A stretch of DNA of 64,000 bases. It comes from Ignavibacteriota bacterium (GTDB taxonomy: Bacteria > Bacteroidota > Ignavibacteria > Palsa-1295). The stretch covers positions 1,024,001-1,088,000 of the forward strand of contig CAWBEI010000002.1 of assembly GCA_963787835.1 (NCBI GenBank). Reading direction: 5' to 3'. The stretch's first letter is position 1; every line of letters begins with the position of its first letter. The position numbers and the translations under genes are program-made. Below the pieces are notes generated by a model. The model worked only from the letters and a program-made list of their open reading frames with translations, did not search any database and was not told the origin of the DNA. Positions 59,436 to 64,000 of this stretch are shown here, in pieces.

Positions 59436-60953
59436 ATGCACTCTCTCATTTTGCGCTCTTTCTTGTTGGTTTCCGGCCTTGCGCTTCTTTGCACAAGTCC
59501 CAGTTTTGCGCAACCCTCATCGTTGCCAAGGACACTTCACGTTTTGTCGCTGGATCAGGCCATTAGCAGATCTCTCGGTGTTGGAGAAGAGATCACGTTA
59601 GCTGAAGGCGGAGTTCATGCTGCAGAAGGCAATGAGGAGGTTGCGTTTAGTGGATTTTTGCCGCAGATCTCAGCCGGTGTAAATTACACCCTGACGATCA
59701 AATCTCAATACAGTGGCCTTTCCAGCCTTCCTGATACGGGAGTCGAAGGCGCGCTGGCACAGATCTTCAAAAATTTCCCGTTCGGTAAAGAGAACCAATG
59801 GAATCTCTCCCTGAATGCATCGGAAAACATCTTTAACGGTGGCAGGCTCATTGCTCTGAACGATGCTGCCAAAGCTCGTAAAAAATCAGCGGACATCGAT
59901 CTCACTGCTGCCCAAGCGCAGCTTGTGCTGAGTGTTACGCAGAGTTATTACGATGCGATCCTTGCGGACACTATCGTGAAAATTTCTCGCGACGCGCTCG
60001 ATCAGGCACAAAAAGTATATGATCTTACCAATCTTTCCTATCAGGTCGGAGAAAAAGCAGAGTTCGATGCACTGACGGCCAAAGTAGCCCGCGATAATCA
60101 AATTCCTGTAGTTATTCAAAGCGAGGACAGCCGCGCGCAAGCCTATTACCGATTGAAACAGTTGCTGAATTACTCCCTCGATGATTCGCTCCAACTTACA
60201 ACGCCGATCGTTGATTCCCAGGCTCGCTTTGCAATGATGAGCGATACCGCAACTGAAAAACGATCGAGCGTTATTCAGGCCGGACTTAACATCGATGCTT
60301 CGAACGCTCAGGTGCGCATTGCCGAAAGCGCACATTGGCCGCAGATCTCTATCAGTTCAAGCTATGCTCCAGTCGCTTATCCGAATAATTTTTTCCCGAA
60401 CTGGAGCGATTGGTACACGAACTGGACTGCGGCAGTTAATGTGTCGATACCCATTTATACAGGAGGCAATATATCCGGTAATGTGGATATGGCGGAGGCA
60501 GCCGTGGAGCAGGCGAATGCCCGTATGGAACAAGCCCGCGAAGCCGCTGCAATGGATTCCCGAGTTTCCTATGATGCCCTGCATTCAGCAGAAGCAAATC
60601 TTCGCTCCACTGCGAGCACGGCCTCCGAAGCCAAACGCGCGTATGATATTGCGGCAGTCCGGTATGCGCAGGGTATCTCGACCGAGGTGGAACTTAACGA
60701 TTCACGAATTCAGGAGGAACAAGCGCGCGCGAATTCCGCTCGTGCCGTTCGTGATTATCAGGTAGCACGAGCGAAGCTTGCTTTGTTGAAAGATTTGCCG
60801 GTAAATCCCGCATTGGGTTCCACAAATTCTCAATCGGGTATGTCACAGCCCCAGCAGAGTTTTGGCACTTCATCCACGATGCAGGCGGTACCGCTGACGT
60901 TCACTCCTGCCAATACCACAACACCATCCTTAGGATCACCAACCGGACAATGA
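59436..60953 (+). CDS. TolC-family outer-membrane efflux protein
   Basis: Signal peptide; duplicated OEP repeats; upstream of MFP and RND genes. Confidence 0.9.
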   Translation: MHSLILRSFLLVSGLALLCTSPSFAQPSSLPRTLHVLSLDQAISRSLGVGEEITLAEGGVHAAEGNEEVAFSGFLPQISAGVNYTLTIKSQYSGLSSLPDTGVEGALAQIFKNFPFGKENQWNLSLNASENIFNGGRLIALNDAAKARKKSADIDLTAAQAQLVLSVTQSYYDAILADTIVKISRDALDQAQKVYDLTNLSYQVGEKAEFDALTAKVARDNQIPVVIQSEDSRAQAYYRLKQLLNYSLDDSLQLTTPIVDSQARFAMMSDTATEKRSSVIQAGLNIDASNAQVRIAESAHWPQISISSSYAPVAYPNNFFPNWSDWYTNWTAAVNVSIPIYTGGNISGNVDMAEAAVEQANARMEQAREAAAMDSRVSYDALHSAEANLRSTASTASEAKRAYDIAAVRYAQGISTEVELNDSRIQEEQARANSARAVRDYQVARAKLALLKDLPVNPALGSTNSQSGMSQPQQSFGTSSTMQAVPLTFTPANTTTPSLGSPTGQ

Positions 60954-62092
60954 GCTTTTTCTTTCGAAAGTATAACTTTGGATTCGCTGTAACAGCGATC
61001 GCGGTTCTTTTCGCTGTATCATCAGCGGTGATGTCAGGTTGCAAGAAGGCCGATTCTTCACCAACGGCGCCGGCTCCGATTCAGCTTGGACCAGAAAGCT
61101 ATGCGGTTGCTTCGGAGGGTCAGATTGAAAGCGGCCCAACCATCAGCGGAACATTAGTTCCTAGAGATCAGGCGGTGGTTCGCGCGCAAATTTCAGGGTC
61201 CGTGCTTCGAATGCTTGTCGATCAGGGTAAACCCGTTTCTGCCGGTGAGGTCATTGCGAGCATTGATAACAGTGCTCTGACGGATGCAGTCGCCAGTGCA
61301 AAAAATGCCGTCACGAATGCAGAAAGTGCCGTAGCTTTGACGCATCGCGAGCGAGAGCGCCAGGAGACGCTGCTGAAATCTGGTGCCATTTCCGAACAAA
61401 GTGTCGATCAAGCTCGGCAAAATTGTGTAAGTGCTGAAGCAGGACTCGCTCAGGCTAAAGCTATGCTTGCGACTGCCGAAAAACAGCTCGGGTACGCTAC
61501 TGTTCGCGCTCCGTTCTCCGGCGTGGTAAGTGAAAAAAGCGCTTCCATCGGCGATGTGGTGCAGCAGGGGACACCGCTTTATACAATCGTCGATCCCTCG
61601 ACGCTGGAGCTGCAAGGAACCGTTCCTGCAAATGCGCTGAGTATTGTGCATATTGGGTTGCATGTGGAATTCGATGTCACGGGCTATCCTGATAAAAAAT
61701 TCGAGGGTACGATCGCGCGCATTAATCCAACCGCCGATCCGATGACGAGGCAGGTCCGTATTTATGCCGAAATTCCGAATAAAGGCCAAACGCTTGTCGG
61801 CGGGCTTTATGCTGAGGGACGTATTGCCAGCGTTCTGAAGATGACGCTTACGCTTCCTGCCGATGCAGTCGATCATAAGACGATCACGCCTGCGGTCATT
61901 CGCAGCCACAATGGTGTCGTCGAACGATCGACGGTCGTGCTTGGAACGCTCGATGAGAAAAATGGCCAGATCGAAATTATTTCCGGCGTCAATGTGGGTG
62001 ATACCGTTTTGCGTGGTTCGGCAATGGATATTGCACTCGGCGCGCATGTAAAGCCGATTCCCGATCCAAAACAAGATACTTCCGCGAAATAA
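60950..62092 (+). CDS. RND efflux periplasmic adaptor (MFP)
   Basis: ISG.V....V.QG..V..G, VRAPFSGVV, INP..D..TR. Confidence 0.92.
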   Translation: MSFFFRKYNFGFAVTAIAVLFAVSSAVMSGCKKADSSPTAPAPIQLGPESYAVASEGQIESGPTISGTLVPRDQAVVRAQISGSVLRMLVDQGKPVSAGEVIASIDNSALTDAVASAKNAVTNAESAVALTHRERERQETLLKSGAISEQSVDQARQNCVSAEAGLAQAKAMLATAEKQLGYATVRAPFSGVVSEKSASIGDVVQQGTPLYTIVDPSTLELQGTVPANALSIVHIGLHVEFDVTGYPDKKFEGTIARINPTADPMTRQVRIYAEIPNKGQTLVGGLYAEGRIASVLKMTLTLPADAVDHKTITPAVIRSHNGVVERSTVVLGTLDEKNGQIEIISGVNVGDTVLRGSAMDIALGAHVKPIPDPKQDTSAK

Positions 62093-62127
62093 GGTATAAA
62101 AGATACAATTTAAATAATTCCGGAACG

Positions 62128-64000
62128 ATGTTTATTTCAGATTTTGCGATCAAGCGCCCCGTCGTTACGATAACGACGATGCTCGCGCTCGTCATATTCG
62201 GAATTTTCTCGCTTCATAGTTTACAGATCGATGAATTTCCTGACGTGGCAAGTCCGCTCGTTGTCGTTGCAGTTCCCTATCCAGGTGCATCGCCGGAGCA
62301 GGTCGAACGTGAGATCGTCGTTCGCATGGAGGAAGTATTTGGTTCCATTAGTGGAATGGATCAGATGAATTCGAAGTCCATGGATGGCTTTGCGCTCATC
62401 ACCTGCCAATTTCTTTTTTCGAAAGATCCCGATCAGGCCATGCAGGATATTCGCGATGCCATCAGCGGCATTCAGAACGACCTGCCGCCGGAAATGAAAC
62501 CGCCCATTCTGAAAAAGTACGATCCGGATGATATGCCCATCGTTTCGGTGATCTTGCGTTCGCCCGGAATGACGCCGGCCGATCTTACCTCGATGGCTGA
62601 CCCTGGCATTACCAAAGAACTTCGTTCCATTAATGGTGTCGCGCAAGTGAATGTATCCGGTGCGGTAAAGCGTGAGATTGCGGTCGATCTTCGGCCCAGC
62701 GATCTTCAAGCGAATAATGTGAGCGTTGCACAGGTCGTGCAAGCACTTGAATCCCAAAATCTTGCCACGCCTATTGGGGCATTGCAGGATAATTTGGTGG
62801 AGCAGTCTATTCGTTTGCAAGGGCGCATCGAGGAGCCGGCACAATTCAATGCTGTTCCAATAGCGATGCGAGGAGGACAGACCATTCGTTTGGGTGACAT
62901 CGCAAACGTTGCGGATACAGCGATGGAAGCACGATCACTCGCGATCTTTAATGGAGTCGAGGCGGTCGGACTTGACGTAACAAAAACAAAAGGCTCCAGC
63001 ACGGCAACCGTTTCTCAGAATGTCAAGAACGCGATCGACGATATCAAGAAAAAGTTACCTCCCGGCACCACGCTGGAAGTGATTCGCGATGCAGGTGTTC
63101 GCGTAACCAACTCCGTCGCGAACGTGGAAGAAACGCTCTTTGAAGGCGCTGGCCTTACCATCCTTGTCGTATTCCTTTTCTTAAATTCCTGGCGCTCGAC
63201 GGTTATTACCGGTCTCGCATTGCCTGTTTCCGTGCTAACGGCTTTCATCGCTGTAATGGCATGTGGATTTACGCTGAACATTATGTCGCTGATGGGGCTT
63301 TCACTCGCTATCGGAATTCTCATTGATGATGCGATTGTCGTTCGAGAAAATATCGTGCGCCATATTGAAATGGGCGAAGATCATGTAACGGCTTCGCATA
63401 CTGGTACCAACGAGATCGGTCTTGCGGTCACTGCCACAACCTTTTCGATCATGGCTGTTTTCGTTCCGGTTGCGTTCATGCCGGGTCTTGCAGGACAGTG
63501 GTTCAAACCATTTGCGCTTACAATTGCGTGTGCAGTGATGGTTTCGCTATTCGTAAGCTTTTCGCTCGACCCGATGCTTTCAGCCTATTGGCCGGATCCT
63601 CACGGAGTATCGCATAAGCGCCGGGTGTGGCTGCCCACCGTGCTTGGCATTGCTTCGTTCTCTCTCGGCTTGTTCATGTTGCTAGCTGACGTGAGCTCGA
63701 ATCTGATGGGATTCTTATTTATCGCGCTCGGATTGCTCGGCCTCATCTATCCCTGGCTCGACCAATTTAATGATTGGTTCAACGCAAAAGCAGATGGCTA
63801 TAAACGGGTCATTGCATGGGCGCTCGATCACCGGTGGTGGATGGTCACGTTGGCAACGTTTACGTTCGTCGCCGCATTATTTATTCAAGGTAAATTTGGC
63901 GGATTTGGATTCGCACCTATCAGCGACCGCTCCGAGCTGATGCTGTCTGTGGAAACGCCTCCTGGCTCCAGTCTCGAATACACGCGTGCGAAATGCGAGG
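62128..64000 (+). CDS. AcrB/RND efflux permease (3'-truncated by the window; absent from the ORF track)
   Basis: MFISDFAIKRPV, YPGASPEQVE, AIGILIDDAIVVREN in the same frame. Confidence 0.92.
   Translation, partial: MFISDFAIKRPVVTITTMLALVIFGIFSLHSLQIDEFPDVASPLVVVAVPYPGASPEQVEREIVVRMEEVFGSISGMDQMNSKSMDGFALITCQFLFSKDPDQAMQDIRDAISGIQNDLPPEMKPPILKKYDPDDMPIVSVILRSPGMTPADLTSMADPGITKELRSINGVAQVNVSGAVKREIAVDLRPSDLQANNVSVAQVVQALESQNLATPIGALQDNLVEQSIRLQGRIEEPAQFNAVPIAMRGGQTIRLGDIANVADTAMEARSLAIFNGVEAVGLDVTKTKGSSTATVSQNVKNAIDDIKKKLPPGTTLEVIRDAGVRVTNSVANVEETLFEGAGLTILVVFLFLNSWRSTVITGLALPVSVLTAFIAVMACGFTLNIMSLMGLSLAIGILIDDAIVVRENIVRHIEMGEDHVTASHTGTNEIGLAVTATTFSIMAVFVPVAFMPGLAGQWFKPFALTIACAVMVSLFVSFSLDPMLSAYWPDPHGVSHKRRVWLPTVLGIASFSLGLFMLLADVSSNLMGFLFIALGLLGLIYPWLDQFNDWFNAKADGYKRVIAWALDHRWWMVTLATFTFVAALFIQGKFGGFGFAPISDRSELMLSVETPPGSSLEYTRAKCE

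Overview
Bacterial chromosomal window. A T9SS-type C-terminal sorting domain and an ACIII-caa3 operon suggest an FCB-group host such as Kapabacteria/Ignavibacteria (inference). The core content is UDP-sugar genes, class II ribonucleotide reductase nrdJ, a complete alternative complex III plus A2-type caa3 oxidase operon, leucine dehydrogenase, YfhO, mlaEF, thyX, nth, gap, lgt, mtnN and a TolC-MFP-RND pump cut by the window end. The accessory content is more unusual. (1) An AT-richer two-gene island pairs a Type IIG-like N6-adenine methyltransferase, whose nuclease domain looks catalytically dead, with an overlapping unknown His-motif protein; this is the best candidate for an undescribed defence system. 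(2) A hotspot after nrdJ holds a PIN TA pair, an HNH-helical protein, hicBA, ArsR, an EndoV-like gene and dps. (3) Two cargo cassettes sit between a gene and a diverged copy of that gene's own 3' end (uxs, nrdJ). (4) Seven inverted tandem-heptamer hairpins occur, two of them translated in frame and one forming the ActE signal peptide. (5) Other palindromic repeats and a hairpin-dense nrdJ leader are present. No rRNA, tRNA, CRISPR array, transposase, integrase or reverse transcriptase was recognised. All calls come from motif recognition by eye; no database searches were run.
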